DNA of 64,000 nt from Octopus vulgaris. Its lineage: Eukaryota. Positions 1-13,422 of the stretch are shown one piece after another. The DNA is taken from positions 41,974,001 through 42,038,000 of the forward strand of contig OX597835.1 of NCBI GenBank assembly GCA_951406725.2. Direction: 5' to 3'. The position numbers were made by a program, and so were the translations under genes. The notes beneath the pieces are model-generated. The model searched no databases, was not told the origin of the DNA, and saw only the letters and a program-made list of their open reading frames with translations. Numbering within the stretch: position 1 is the stretch's first letter; the number at the start of each line of letters is the position of its first letter.

Positions 1-109
1 CTGTTTTTCTTCTTCCCATCCACTCCTTTATGCTGCCTCACTCTGCATTGTCCTGTACCAATCCCATGGTATTTTGTGAACCCCCAAAGGGTTACTAAAG
101 AAAACATCA

Positions 110-542
110 TTATTATTTTTGTTACTATTGTTGTTGTAGTTGTTGTTGCTATTGCTGTCATCATCACAATCCTCTTCTTTATTATTTATTATTATTATTA
201 TTATTATTGTTATTGTTGTTATTATTATTGTTATTATTGTTATTGTTGTTATTATTATTGTTATTATTGTTATTATTATTATTATTATTGTTATTGTTGT
301 TATTATTATTGTTATTATTGTTATTATTATTATTATTGTTATTATTGTTATTGTTATTATTATTATTATTGTTGTTATTGTTGTTATTATTATTGTTATT
401 ATTGTTATTAGTATTATTATTGTTGTTATTGTTATTATTGTTATTATTGTTATTATTATTATTATTATTGTTATTATTGTTATTGTTATTATTGTTGTTA
501 TTATTATTATTGTTATTATTGTTATTATTGTTATTGTTATTG

Positions 543-586
<44 letters not shown>

Positions 587-626
587 GTTATTATTGTTAT
601 TGTTATTATTATTGTTGTTATTATTA

Positions 627-675
<49 letters not shown>

Positions 676-676
676 C
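110..676. repeat. (ATT/GTT)n compound microsatellite
   Basis: About 570 bp of TTA/TTG triplets; source of the poly-I/L/N/Y pseudo-ORFs. Confidence 0.97.
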
Positions 677-684
677 GTCATTAA

Positions 685-1177
685 AGTGGAGAGCTGGCAA
701 AATCGTTAACACGCCAGGCAAAATGCTTAACGGAATTTCGTCTGTTGCTATGTTCAAAGTTCAAATTCTGCCAAGGTTCACTTTGCCTTTCATCCCTTTC
801 AGGGTCAATAAAATAAGTAACCAGTTGAACACTGGGGGTCGGTGTAATCAACTCATCCCTTCCCATAAAATTGCTGCCCTTTTGGCAAAATTTGAAACCA
901 TTGTTATTGTTGTTAATGTTGTTATTATTATTATTATTAATTTTTTAATTATTATTATTATTGAGGCAGCAAGCTGGTAGAACCGCTTGCAGACCAGGCA
1001 AAATGCTTAGTAACATTTCATCCATCTTCACATTCTGATTTGAAATTCCACCAAGGGTAACTTTGCCTTTCATCCTTTCAGAGTCAATAAGATAAGTACC
1101 AGTTGGATACTGAGGTAGACAGAATCAAATTATCCCATCTCACCACCAAAACTGTTGACCTTATGCCCAAATTTGAA

Positions 1178-1180
<3 letters not shown>
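685..1180 (+). mobile_element. Two tandem copies of tRNA-derived SINE family A (Nin/Deu-like central domain)
   Basis: Head GAGCTGGCAAAATCGTTA, B-box GAGTTCAAATTC and core TTTGCCTTTCATCC..GGGTCAATAA..AAGTACCAG; copies at about 685-905 and 964-1180. Confidence 0.8.
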
Positions 1181-1257
<77 letters not shown>

Positions 1258-1333
1258 CACTACCAATACTACTACCACTACCACCACTACAACTACTACT
1301 ACCACCACCACCACTACCACTACCACCACCACC

Positions 1334-1367
<34 letters not shown>

Positions 1368-1375
1368 TTACTACT
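1178..1375. repeat. (ACT/ACC)n microsatellite
   Basis: Visible triplet run; gives poly-T and poly-V ORFs. Confidence 0.95.
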
Positions 1376-1948
1376 AGAGTGCTGCCTATTGTGACAGGTA
1401 ACTGGGAAAATATGCTTTTTGCTACCATGGGTCATATCAGGAAATATGGCATGCATACTAGTAAAATGTGAGACCATATAGGTGATCTCCTGGTGACTCA
1501 TTTCATGACAATGTTTCAAGTTTAGGAGATTTAGTAGCTTAGACATATAGACAGACAGACAGACAGAGACACACACACACATACACACACACACAGAGGG
1601 AATATACACACATCAGCACACAGAAATTCACATGTAGGCACATAAACACACATAGACACATACACGCACAGACAGTTACATGCACACACACGCACACACA
1701 AATGTGCATACAGATATATACAGACATAGACATGCGCATACACTCACACACTTACTAGTTATGACAGAAGTATACAATACTTGATTCCCCCCCCCCCATA
1801 TATATATTCTGGCACCAACCTCTACAGGGACAGATGGGACAGAGTTGTTGGTTGCATTCGTTGGGTAATGTATTAGCATTCCAAAAGAATGTAAGGCAAT
1901 AAACAATAAGCGTGTGTTGATGTGTATCTGTGTGTATGTGTGTATAGT

Positions 1949-1981
<33 letters not shown>

Positions 1982-2145
1982 GTGTGTGTGTGTGTATATA
2001 TATATATATACACACACACACATATATTATAGTATTATGAGTATGCATATATATTTATATATATATATATATATATATACATATTTATATATGTGTGTAT
2101 ATATGTATTTGTGCATATATATATATTTGTGTGTGTGTATGTATT

Positions 2146-2189
<44 letters not shown>

Positions 2190-2277
2190 TAAATGCATAT
2201 ATATATATATACATACACATACATATATATGCGTAAATATGCATACATAGGTATATATGTATGTATGTATGTATATA

Positions 2278-2337
<60 letters not shown>

Positions 2338-2348
2338 ATATGTATGTG

Positions 2349-2419
<71 letters not shown>

Positions 2420-2442
2420 GTATATATATATATTTATATATA

Positions 2443-2650
2443 TACTGTTGTGCCTGGGGAGAGTCATTTTCTTTAAGGTTGCAAGACGCAACGAAAATTT
2501 TAGGAAAATAAAAATAAGTGGAAACTTTACTGGTGAGTGTGTTACATTATAAGGCACAAAAAGAAAATGACTCTCCCCAGAAACAACAGAATATGCCTCA
2601 ACACACGAACTCAAATAAAGAATCTTGCAAACCAAATCCCAAAGCGAAAT
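2443..2650. mobile_element. Repeat family D with partial inverted arm (probably a Penelope-like terminal repeat)
   Basis: CTGGGGAGAGTCATTTTCTTT (about 2454-2474) is the reverse complement of AAAGAAAATGACTCTCCCCAG (about 2560-2580); same family at 36524-36986, 51826-51890 and 57260-57740. Confidence 0.5.
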
Positions 2651-2667
2651 ATATATATATATATATA

Positions 2668-2920
2668 TAAAATATGAATTAGAGATAAAACCACTATTAG
2701 GTAACTCAAACAGTGATAGACATAAACCAAAGCATAAAAAAACAAATAATATAATAAATAATAATTATTATTATTTATTATATTATTTGTTATTATTATT
2801 ATTATATTATTATAATTATCGTAATTATAATATTATTTATTATTTGTTATTTATGTTTTGGTTTATGTCTATCAGTATTTGAGTTGTCTAATAGTGGTTT
2901 TATCTCTAATTCATATTTTA
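2668..2920. repeat. Inverted repeat with arms of about 90 bp and an AT-rich spacer
   Basis: AAATATGAATTAGAGATAAAACCACTATTAG... versus ...CTAATAGTGGTTTTATCTCTAATTCATATTT. Confidence 0.85.
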
Positions 2921-3016
2921 TATATTTATACTGTAAAATTTGATTTAATACTAAATCTAATTTTTCCCTGTAAGTTTGGAGCCATACTCCCTCATATTAT
3001 TATTACATATGTATGT

Positions 3017-3071
<55 letters not shown>

Positions 3072-3073
3072 TA

Positions 3074-3955
3074 TCGGTTTGGTAAGAAAGTTCTTGGACA
3101 TTTTTAACTTATCACTTTATTAACAATTACAAAAACAACAAAGAACAATCAATCGTAAAGGTAATCACACTCGTTATCAATCATCTTTTGCCATCTTTCA
3201 GGCAAAGTTTTGAATCTTTTCGTCCAGAAATCGCCTGGTTTTGAATCAATAAAGTTGTAAAGGAATGATTTCACATCTTCTTCGTTTTCGAACTCTGTAT
3301 CACCAATCGCGCATTGCAAGGCAGAGAATAAGTTGTAGTCAGAAGGGGCAACGTCAGGAGAATACGGTGGGTGCACCATAATCTCCCAGCCCACCTCCTT
3401 CAGCTTCTCTGATGTCTTCTTTGTATGATGTGCTGGCACGTTGTCTTGGTGGTAAATTACCTTCTCCAAATTTGAGTGTTTTTCAGCCAGTGTGATCTTT
3501 AGATGGTCAATTTGTTTGCAGTAGACATCCTTGTCAATGGCAGTATTGCATGGGAGAAGATCCAACATAATCACAACACGGTGATCCCACCAAACTGAGA
3601 TCATAACCTTCTTTTGTACAAGCGGTCCTTTTGGTGAAGGTTTTGGCTGTTGACCTTTGCTACACCAGGATTGTCTGTGCCTCACGGTGTACAGTACCCA
3701 CTTTTCATCCATAGTGATTACTGACTCCAACCAATCGAATTGTCAGCTTCACCGGAGAAAACTTTGACATGCAGGGACACGTGCTTGTTTGTTCACTTCA
3801 GTCAATTCATGTGGCACCCATTTTCCAGGCTTGCTGTCCATGCTGAGTCTTTATATAGTCACAATAGACACATTGGCTGCTCCTGATTGGTTGGTGACGC
3901 TGATTGGTTGCAGGACTGAAGGCTTGGTTGTCTAAGAACTTTCTTACCAATGTAA
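3074..3955 (-). mobile_element. Mariner (DD34D) transposon, internally deleted and inactive
   Basis: TIRs TCGGTTTGGTAAGAAAGTTCTTGGACA and the reverse complement of TGTCTAAGAACTTTCTTACCAATGTAA, TA-flanked; about 880 bp with no HTH region. Confidence 0.88.
3149..3835 (-). pseudogene. Mariner transposase catalytic domain remnant
   Basis: WVPHEL upstream, then two in-frame TGA stops, then TMDEKW / HQDNVPAH / YSPDVAPSDY with 34 residues between the second and third Asp. Confidence 0.92.
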
Positions 3956-4061
3956 TATATATATATGCACATATACATACACACACACTTATGCAATGTG
4001 TGTATGCATATATATGCATGTGTGTATACATGCATATATATATGTGCATATATATATATAT

Positions 4062-4352
4062 GGCACGTGAAGCATTCGAGAGAGGTCGTCACCAGTGCCA
4101 CTGGACTGGCTCTTTTGCAGGTGGCACATAAAAAGCACCATTTGGGGGTGGTCGTTGCCAGTACCACCAAACTGGCCCTCGTGCCAGTGGAACGTAAAAG
4201 CACCCACTACTCTCTCGGAGTGGTTGGCGTTAGGAAGGGCATCCGGCTGTAGAAACTCTGCCAGATCAGATTGGAGTCTGGTTCGCCAGACCTCAGTCAA
4301 ATCGTCCAACCCATGCTAGCATGGAAAGCAGACGTTAAATGATGATGATGAT
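4062..4352 (+). mobile_element. RTE-clade LINE 3' UTR fragment with (GAT)n tail
   Basis: Near-identical to 15781-16073, which follows an RTE ORF C-terminus; GGAAGGGCATCC.GCTGTAGAAAC motif; further copies on minus at 10272-10670, 10884-11046, 11163-11410 and 18362-18436. Confidence 0.7.
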
Positions 4353-5106
4353 GATATATACATACATGTATATATCTATGTGTGTGTGTATGTGTCTTTG
4401 TGTCCATGTTTGTCCCTGCTACCATCACTTGACAAACGGATGTGGTGTGTTTATATCCCTGTAACTTAGCAGTTCAGAAAAAGTGTCTGATTAAAATAAT
4501 TACTAGTCTTACAGAGAATAAGTCCTGGGGTCAATTCCTTCGACTAAAAAAACCCCTTGGAGGCAGTGCTCCAGCATGGCTGTAGTTGAATGACTGAAAC
4601 AAGTTGAGGAATAAAAGAATAAAAGGCTACCCACCTGCATATACACATCTCCATGCTACTAAACTTGTCATTAAAAGCCATTAAATAAGTAGGAAGCATG
4701 TGAAAGAAAAACAAAGGGTGTGTATATAAAACAGCCTATACAAAATACAATTTCTATGGTAACCACAAAGGTGAAGCACTTGATAATGGGTGGACTGGGA
4801 ACAGGTGAGTGGATTGAATTGGTTCAAGTTTTTATTTATGCTAACCAGGTGTTTAATTTTAAGTATTTACTTAAGGACTCTGTCACATCTGCCAGTGGAG
4901 GATGGGCCCTGGAATATGTATGAATGTGTATGAAACAATCAGTACTTTAGTAAGTGTAGGGGTAGTCTATGCCTTACTGAGGAGGTCACTATAAGTTTAA
5001 AATATGTGTTGAGTTGTCTCCCATACCTGTTGAAATAATATGAGGCACTGGTTGAACCAGACTTGGACACACATGGTGCTGCCACCGTCAACAACAATGC
5101 AATTAG

Positions 5107-5264
5107 CATTCTTTTATTTGTTTCAATCATTTGACTACGGCTATGCTGGAGCACCGCCTTTAATTGAACAAATCGACCCCAGGACTCACGCTTTGTAAGC
5201 CTAGCATTTATTCCATCTCTTTTGCCGAACCACTAAGTGACGGGGATGTAAACACAGAAAAATT

Positions 5265-5321
<57 letters not shown>

Positions 5322-5445
5322 GATGGGCTTCTTTCAGTTTCTGTCTACCGAATCCATTCACAAGGCTTTGGTTGGCCCAAGGCTATAGTAGGAGACACTT
5401 GCCCATGGTGCCACACAGTGGGACTGAACCCAAAACCATGCGGTT
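5107..5445 (-). mobile_element. tRNA-derived SINE family B
   Basis: Reverse complement matches the full copy at 57858-58263; a 3'-half copy also lies at about 4375-4625 (+). Confidence 0.8.
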
Positions 5446-5892
5446 GCCGCCACCGCCAACAACAATGCACTTAGCATATTCGGGTTTGTAACCGCTGGAA
5501 CCAAATTCTAAACAACAATGACGACAACATCAACAATAATAATTAAAATGATTCTTTCTACTTTTACCACAACTTCAGGAGGTTTGAGGGGAGGGAGAGT
5601 CAATTTTATTGACAGCAGTGCTCAACTGGGGTCATTGTAACTGACCTTCCTTCCTCTCAATATACTTTAGGGAGTAAAACTCTGTAGTGATGGTATAACT
5701 TACAAATGGCAGTTTTTAGTTTTAAGGACATCTATCTTGCAGGACTGATAATGAAAGTAAAACAATTTTGTTTTATTTAATTTTATTTTAATGAAATAGA
5801 TATTTTTATTTTCAAAATTAATATTCATTTCATCATTTTGTATAAACAGCAAGAAATTTGATAAGAGTTGAATAATAATTATTGTTTGTAGT

Positions 5893-6301
5893 GCGGTAAG
5901 CTGACAGAATCGTAAGCATACCTGGCGAAATGCTTAGTGGTATTTCGTCTGCCGTTGCATTCTGAGTTCAAATTCCGCCGAGGTTGACTTTGCCTTTCAT
6001 CCTTTCGGGGTCGATAAATTAAGTACCAGTTACACACTGGGGTCGATATAATCGACTTAATCTGTTTGTCTGTCCTTGTTTGTCTCCTCTGTGTTTAGCC
6101 CCTTGTGGGTAGTAAAGAAATAGATATTTCATCCATCTGAACATTCTGAGTTCAAATTTCACCAAGGTTGACTTTGCCTTTCATCCTTTTGGATTCGATT
6201 AAATAAGTACCAGTTACACACTGGGGTCGATGTAATTGTCTTAATCCCTTTGTCCTTGTTTGTCCCCTCTATGTTTAACTTCCTGTGGCCAATAAAGAAG
6301 T
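5893..6301 (+). mobile_element. SINE family A, long-tail type; full unit followed by a headless second unit
   Basis: Unit ends GTAGTAAAGAAATA at 6122 and restarts at GATATTTC; flanked by AA(T/C)AATTATTGTTTGT duplication at about 5874 and 6303. Confidence 0.85.
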
Positions 6302-6429
6302 AAACAATTATTGTTTGTGTGCCGTAATATTAGTGGAAACCCCAAAATATCAGATGGCACAATCACATTTCCAACAAAGAACTGCATGTACATATGCATC
6401 AACCCACAGCCTCCCGCATCATAGTTATC

Positions 6430-6670
6430 CATCACATGCTGCTATGGACACAACCTCCGTCTCCTGCTAAGTCATCCTCCCAGGACTTAACTCTCATTCA
6501 ACGCAGCAGCTGCGTGCTGGAAGAGGCCTTGTGGCAGGCCCCGCACCAGATGGTTGGTCATCATTGGAGATGATCTCCAGAGGCTCGACTTCACCCTGGA
6601 GGTTGCAGAGGAGCTGGCACGGGACCACCAGCAATGAGGAGCATTAGGAGACCTGGTCAGCTCTGTGACT
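6430..6670 (+). pseudogene. RTE-like LINE ORF C-terminal fragment
   Basis: Hand translation WKRPCGRPRTRWLVIIGDDLQRLDFTLEVAEELARDHQQ*; related fragment at about 47335-47450. Confidence 0.6.
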
Positions 6671-6786
6671 ACTAACTTGGAATGACCCCTGTCACATTAA
6701 CCCATTACATGAAACAAGCAAGTACCATAATATACCATAATTTATCTGACAAGTTGTGGTGCACCTGAGCACTATATACAATAATT

Positions 6787-6823
<37 letters not shown>

Positions 6824-6824
<1 letters not shown>

Positions 6825-7148
6825 GAGTGAGAGAGCAGTGCATGCCATCAAAGTGACACTGGGGTAAAATATACGAAGCCCAGTATACCCATCATGACTA
6901 CCCGTCTGATAAGGGTACACCAGGCACATGCATCACAACCATATGCGCGCGACATGGTGATCTCATATCAAGATAAACAGCAGGTGGGACCCAGTTAGAA
7001 TTTTCTTCTGGTCGAGTAGCCCATCCTGCTCAAAAGGTCCCTGAATAAGTATTGTTTAAGGATGTTGAACAAACCACCCACGTTTCCAAAGGTGAATTAT
7101 CCAAGCCTCCAAGAATCCCTCTCAACACATGGCTATGATGCTCCCCAA
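6824..7148 (-). mobile_element. Non-coding (AAT)n-associated repeat family E, truncated copy
   Basis: Starts GAGTGAGAGAGCAGTGCATG directly after (ATT)n; same sequence at 13423, 14012, 20385-20761 and 20777-21128; strand inferred from polar truncation. Confidence 0.7.
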
Positions 7149-7411
7149 CACATGGCTATGATGCTCCCCAACACATGGCTATGATGCTCCCCAACACATG
7201 GCTATGATGCTCCCCAATACATGGCTATGATGCTCCCCAATGGCTATGATGCTCCCCAACGGCTATGATGCTCCCCAAAGGCTATGATGCTCCCCAATGG
7301 CTATGATGCTCCCCAATGGCTATGATGCTCCCCAACGGCTATGATGCTCCCCAACGGCTATGATGCTCCCCAATGGCTATGATGCTCCCCAATGGCTATG
7401 ATGCTCCCCAA
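7123..7411. repeat. Minisatellite, 14 copies of GGCTATGATGCTCCCCAA (23-bp then 19-bp period)
   Basis: Counted directly; the unit is an internal segment of family E. Confidence 0.93.
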
Positions 7412-7724
7412 TATTATATTATTATTATTATTATTATACTGATATAACCCATAATAGCAAAAGAATACTTCCAACATTATTCATCATATGATGAGTAAGT
7501 TTGGAAATATATAACTCTTGTTAAAATGATAGTATTCAATAATTGCCCAAAATTGTATTTTTTCTCAGCCTATAATTATTTTTAATTATCTTTTTAATAC
7601 CTCTTGTGTTTAATTAATTAAACTAATTCATGTAAGTATCTATCTGTGTCAATCTTATCACAGTTATTTCAAACAAACTTGGTTCAACGCTGTTTTGTGC
7701 GACATTACTTTTTCTTAATTCCAG

Positions 7725-7820
7725 ATTGACCAAGCATTACGTCCATCAGCAAATGTTCTGTTTACTGTTTTTAAAAGAAAATATTCTATTCTTGTTGGGC
7801 TTGAGCAAGCAGCTGAGTTG
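7725..7820 (+). CDS. Candidate internal exon (IDQALRPSANVLFTVFKRKYSILVGLEQAAEL), product unknown
   Basis: Acceptor TTTTTCTTAATTCCAG, 96-nt open frame, weak donor TTG|GTTATG; not repeated in the window. Confidence 0.25.
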
Positions 7821-7887
7821 GTTATGTAGCGAAGAAAGCAGAGCAATGCAGAAACACGTGTCCTGTGGTCTATTGCCGTTACGCACA

Positions 7888-8140
7888 GCCCATGGCTTAG
7901 TGGTTAGGGTATTCAGCTCAAGATTGTAAGGTCATGGGTTCGATTTCCAGTGGCACGCTGTGTCCTTGAGCAAGACAATTTATTTCACATTACTCCAGTC
8001 CATTCATCTGGCAAAAATGAGTTGTACCTGCGATTCAATGGGTAGCCATCTCACATTCTATGTCTTGCTGAATCTCCCTGAGAACTATATTAAGGGTACA
8101 AGTGTCTGTGGAGTACTCAGCCACTTGCATGTTAATTTCA
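7888..8140 (+). mobile_element. tRNA-derived SINE family C
   Basis: A-box TGGCTTAGTGG, B-box GGTTCGATTTCC, then TGTGTCCTTGAGCAAGACA; second copy at about 12025-12260. Confidence 0.65.
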
Positions 8141-8171
8141 TGTGTATCTGTAGTAGAAAGGATTATTATTA

Positions 8172-8202
<31 letters not shown>

Positions 8203-8206
<4 letters not shown>

Positions 8207-8487
8207 TAGTTTTATTTTTATCATGTGCTTTCAATTCACTACCAAGCGCAGCTCTGTATGATTTGGGTATGTACTGTGATTTGTTGTGATGCTCTGATGG
8301 TTACTGTATTGAAAGTGTTTTGCGTAGGATGTGTGCAGTGCCCAGTAGTGCAATTTTCTGTATGTTATATATATTTGTAAATCCTGGTGTTTTTGTTATG
8401 TATTTGTTTGAATATTTTTTTATCATACCTTATGTACCTACTATGATAGGAATTGTTTGTTTTTAGATTCCACATTCGAGTTACCTC
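8203..8487 (-). mobile_element. R4/Dong-clade non-LTR 3' fragment inside (AAT)n
   Basis: Translates VTRMWNLK..IPIIVG..NIQKIALLGTAHILRKTLSIQ*; 3' UTR ends TG then (AAT)n; AAT runs on both sides. Confidence 0.8.
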
Positions 8488-8523
<36 letters not shown>

Positions 8524-8959
8524 GGTGGCAAGCTGGCAGAATCATTAGAATGTTGGGCAAAATGCTTAGTGGCATTTCATCTATCTTTATATTCTGAGTT
8601 CCATTTCCACCAAGGTCAAATTTGCCTTTTGGGGTTGATGAAATAAGCACCACTTATACACAAAGTTTTATGCAATTGACTTACCCCCTTCCCCAAAATT
8701 TCAGCCCTTGTGCCTACAGAAGAAAGTATTATTATTGTTGTTGTTGTTGTTATTATTATCATTATCATTGTTATTAAGGTGGCAAGCTGGCAGAACTTTT
8801 AGCACACCGGGTGAAATACTTAGCAAGCATGCCACCTTTCATCCTTTCAGGGTTGATGAAATAAGTACCAGTTGAGTACTGGGGTCGATATAATCGACTT
8901 TACCTCCTCCCTCAACATTTCAGGCCTTGTGCTTATATCAGAAAGAATTATTGTTGTTG

Positions 8960-9014
<55 letters not shown>

Positions 9015-9017
<3 letters not shown>

Positions 9018-9430
9018 CAAATGCTCAACAGATTAGACTGTTGGAAAAGAAAAGAATCCTAACATTGGGCTTTAGATACCAAGAACCCTGCTATTGGGTT
9101 ACAGCAAGTAACTTTAGATGCCAAGAACCCTCCTAATTATCCTAGCTGACCCTAATAACACTGTTTTCTGCAGCTGTACTAAACTGGGTTTTATGCCTAT
9201 TTCCTCTATCTGTCTGCTCAAATCTTTAGGGATAGTTCCCAATGCACCTATAACAACTGGGGTACATTTTACCCACACTTTCCATACTCTCTCTAATTCA
9301 ATGGCTAAGTCCTGGTACTTTGCTATTTTGTCTATACTTCTCATATTAATTGTTTCATCATTTGGGACTGTAAAGTCAATCATCTGGCACTTTCTATCCT
9401 CTTAATCTACTACAATTAAATCGAGTAGGC
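9015..9430 (-). mobile_element. R4/Dong-clade non-LTR 3' fragment (restriction-like endonuclease domain)
   Basis: ORF 9114-9383 IDFTVP..KIAKYQDLA..PVVIGALG..LQKTVLLGSARIIRRVL; 3' end TGTG followed by (AAT)n. Confidence 0.85.
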
Positions 9431-9564
9431 CCTTCCCCAAAATTTCAGGTCTTGTGCCTATAGCAGTCAATACTATGTTAACACTAGTCTACAGAAATAT
9501 CTGTCAGTTTGTCTCTCTCTTATCACAAAAGTATTTCCTGTTAACTTGTAATATTCTATAATAG

Positions 9565-9867
9565 ATATTAACACTAACTTCATGGTCACTCATGTCTCTC
9601 TCTCTCTCGTCTCTCACTCTCTCTCTTGTCTCTCACTCTCTCTCTTGTCTCTCACTCTCTCTCTCTTGCCTTCCACTCCTCATCCTCTCTCTCTCTCTCT
9701 CTCAATGTCTATCTCTTTATCTTTCACTTTTGTATGTGTTTACACTAACTTAACTGCCTCTGTTCTCACTCTCTCTCTCTCTCTCTCTCTTGATTTCATT
9801 ATCTTTCTCTCTATCTATCTATCTACTCATCTATTTATCTATCTATCACTCTATCTGTGTGTCTGTT

Positions 9868-9919
<52 letters not shown>

Positions 9920-10050
9920 CATCTCTCACTTTTGTATATGTTAACACTAACTTAACTACCTCTCCCTCTCTATTGTCTCTCTCTCTCTCTCTCACTTGAT
10001 TTCATTCTCTATCCATCCATCCATCTATCTATCTATCCACATACCTACTT
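9565..10050. repeat. Compound CT/ATCT microsatellite with higher-order duplication
   Basis: ACACTAACTT(A/C)A recurs at about 9571, 9742 and 9944. Confidence 0.75.
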
Positions 10051-11560
10051 CTAGTTACCATATTTGATAGCAGATAAGGCACATTTTGTTCCGCAAATTT
10101 TCTCAAAACAATCCCCCACTCCGCATCCTATATGCAAATTTGAGCCTATTTTTTCATGCTTTAATGCACAAACAACTAATTTTAACCCCCTGAATATGGG
10201 CTTCTGAAATTGGGGTGCATCTGATATTTCCATGTGTCTTTTATGTCATCAAATAATCCTCTATTCAATATCATCATCATCATCATCATTGTTTAATGTC
10301 CGCTTTCCATGCTAGCATGGGTTGGACGATTTTGATTGAGGGCTGGCAAACCAGATGGCTGCACCAGGCTCCAATCTTGATCTGGCTGAGTTTCTACAGC
10401 TGGATGCCCTTCCTAACGCTAACCACTCCGAGAGTTTAGTAGGTGCTTTTTACGTGCCACCGGCACGGGAGCCAGACAGCCAGTCCTGGCAATGACCTCG
10501 CTCGAATCTTTTTACACATTCCACTGGCACAGGTGCCAGTAAGGCAACGTTGGTAATGATCACACTAGAATGGTGCCCTTTTACGTGCCACCGGCACAGA
10601 AGCCAGTTGGCTGCTCTGGCAACGATCACGCTTGGATGGTGCTCTTGGCACACTACTAGCACGGGCACATGGATATATTGATTTCAAATTTTAGCACAAG
10701 GCCTGCTATTTTGGGGGAGGGAATAAGTCGATTACATCAACTGGTACTTATTTTATCGACCCCAAAAGAAATGAAAGGCAAAAGTCAACCTTGTTGGTAT
10801 TTGAACTCAGAACGCAGAGATAGGTGAAAGTCTGCTAAGTAATGCTTTTGCCAGTTGGCCATATCAGTCTATTAAATAAATGTCATCATCATCATCATCA
10901 TCATCGTTTAACGTCCATTTTCCATGCTAGCATGGGTTGGACGGTTCGACTGGGGTCTGGGAAGCCAGGAGGCTGCACCAGGCCCAGTCTGATCTGGCAG
11001 TGTTTCTACAGCTGGATGCCCTTCCTAACGCCAACCACTCCGAGAGTAAATGAACCCTGGCATGGTTTGAACTCATAACACAATATTAACAGCATCTCAT
11101 TCACTGTTCAACATTATTTTTTTCATATTCCAACTAATATAAGCACTTCTATGTCATATAACATCATCATCATCATCATCATCATCTGTTGTCCATGCTG
11201 GCATGGGTTGGATGGTTTGACTGGACTGACACACTGGAAGGCTACACCAGGCTCCAGTCCGATTTGGCATGGTTTTCTACAGCTGGATGCCCTTCCTAAT
11301 GCCAACCACTCCGGGAGTGTAATCACTGCTTTTATGTGCCACCGGCATGGCTGCCAATTTGTGTGACACTGGTATCTGCCATGACTGTGATTTTGCTCAG
11401 CTTGATGGTTCGTCTTCTCATACATATATATATATATGAAAGAAATAATGGTGTCATTGAGACCCAAAGGTGTCAGGTAATGCTGAATAAGTGCTATAGA
11501 CAGACCATAGTCAAGTTCCAGATTCGGTAATTTTGCAAATAAGCGGTTCAATGGTGGTTC

Positions 11561-11642
<82 letters not shown>

Positions 11643-12741
11643 GTCACTCCATCGATTATGATGACGAGAGTTTCCAGTTGATCCGATCAACGGAACAGCC
11701 TGCTCATGAAATTAACGTACAATCATGTTTAAAATATTCATGTGCACTTGGATGTGGGAAAACCTTTCACTGCAGAAATAACTTCAGGAAAAACTTCTTC
11801 TACAAGACATATCACTGGGTTATGAAAGATGCCATCAGATTGTAGGACATATGTATTTCTGCATTGTTATGCTTTGTCAGCAATGAATACAGAATCAGTT
11901 CTTCACAGTGCTATAAAGAACATCAAATATCATGCGATATGCTTCATATATGTCATACACCTCATAGCCATAAGCTGACAGTGGCCTTACTGCAGTTCAC
12001 AAAGCTACTATATGTAACTCCTGTGGAGGTGCATGGCTTAGTGGTTAAGGTGTTGGGTTTAGGATCATAAGATTGTGGTTTCAATTCCTGGACTTGGTGA
12101 TGTGGTGTGTCCTTGAGAAAAACACTTTATTTCACATAGCTCCTATCCACACAAGTGGAAAAAACAAGTAATCCTTTGACTGACTAGCATCCCATCCAGG
12201 AGATAATATATTCACCACAGAGACCAGGACTGGCCTATGAGTCTATACAACTCAGAAAAGAGTTTTTTCTCTATCTATATACGTCTCCTGAGAGATAACA
12301 CTAGGTTTTGGAGCTATTTATCCTAAAACAGCTCTAACATCCTACCAGCCAGATTTTAAGGAATTAAAAGCCAAAAAATGAAGACTAAACGAAAGTCTTT
12401 AACGAGGTAAAGATTATTCAATTCATTTTAGCAAGTAAAGCTCTGTAGCGATGTCTAATTAACTAATGGCAATCTTTGGTTTTAAGGACATGTATCTGCA
12501 GGGCTGGTAATTTAAATTAAAACAAACTGGGGGAAATACAAGATTAGGCTTGGGGTACCCGAAATAAGTGAAACAAATATGTAAATGCTAAAAAGCCATT
12601 TATTAAGTGCCATTAAATAGAAATATATTAATTTAATGTTCTCTTCAATTAAATCTTTCTAATTTATTTTTATAACTTCTTGGAATGCTTCCAATTCCAT
12701 TCTGGTTGTTGTTGTCCTTCTTTTCCTTCATTATCATCATC

Positions 12742-12773
<32 letters not shown>

Positions 12774-13422
12774 CATCACCACCTTCTTCTTCTTCTTCTT
12801 CTTCTTATTATTATTACTACTTCTATTTATTCACTTAACCTCTCTTGATTTAGCAATGTCACATCTAAGCTCCCTCCTGCAGCTAGCTTAGAGACGCAAC
12901 ACTTTTCCTTCCTTCAACACATGAACTGTTCCAAGTAATGCCACCAACTGAACACTTCCTAAGAAGTGTAGCAGCATTTCACTTCTCTTAACATTCTGAG
13001 TTCAAATTCTGCCGAGATCATCTATGCTTTTCGATCCTTTCAGGGTCCTTAAGATAACTGTCAGCTGAACACTGGGGTTGATGTAATCAACTCCCTACTC
13101 CATGCAGAATTGCTGGCCTTGAGCCAAAATTAGAAAGAATTATATATCTTTTGTGAATTGGCAGAATCGTTAGCATGCTGGGCAAAATGCTTAGTGACAT
13201 TTCATCCATCTTTACATTCTGAGTTCAAATTCCACCAAGGTCAACTTAACCTTCAATCCTTTAGGGGTCAATAAAATAAATATCAGTTGGATACTGGGGT
13301 TGACTTGCCCCATTCCCCAAAATTGCTGGTCTTGTACCAAAATTTGAAATCATCATCATCATTGTCATTATTATTATTATTATCATTATTATTATTATGA
13401 TTATTATTATTATTATTATCAC

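Noticed and set aside
4693-4804. Exon ending at CAG|GTGAGT
   Set aside because: Good donor but no polypyrimidine acceptor and no recognisable peptide.
7123-7411. CRISPR-like array
   Set aside because: No unique spacers, no cas genes, eukaryotic context.
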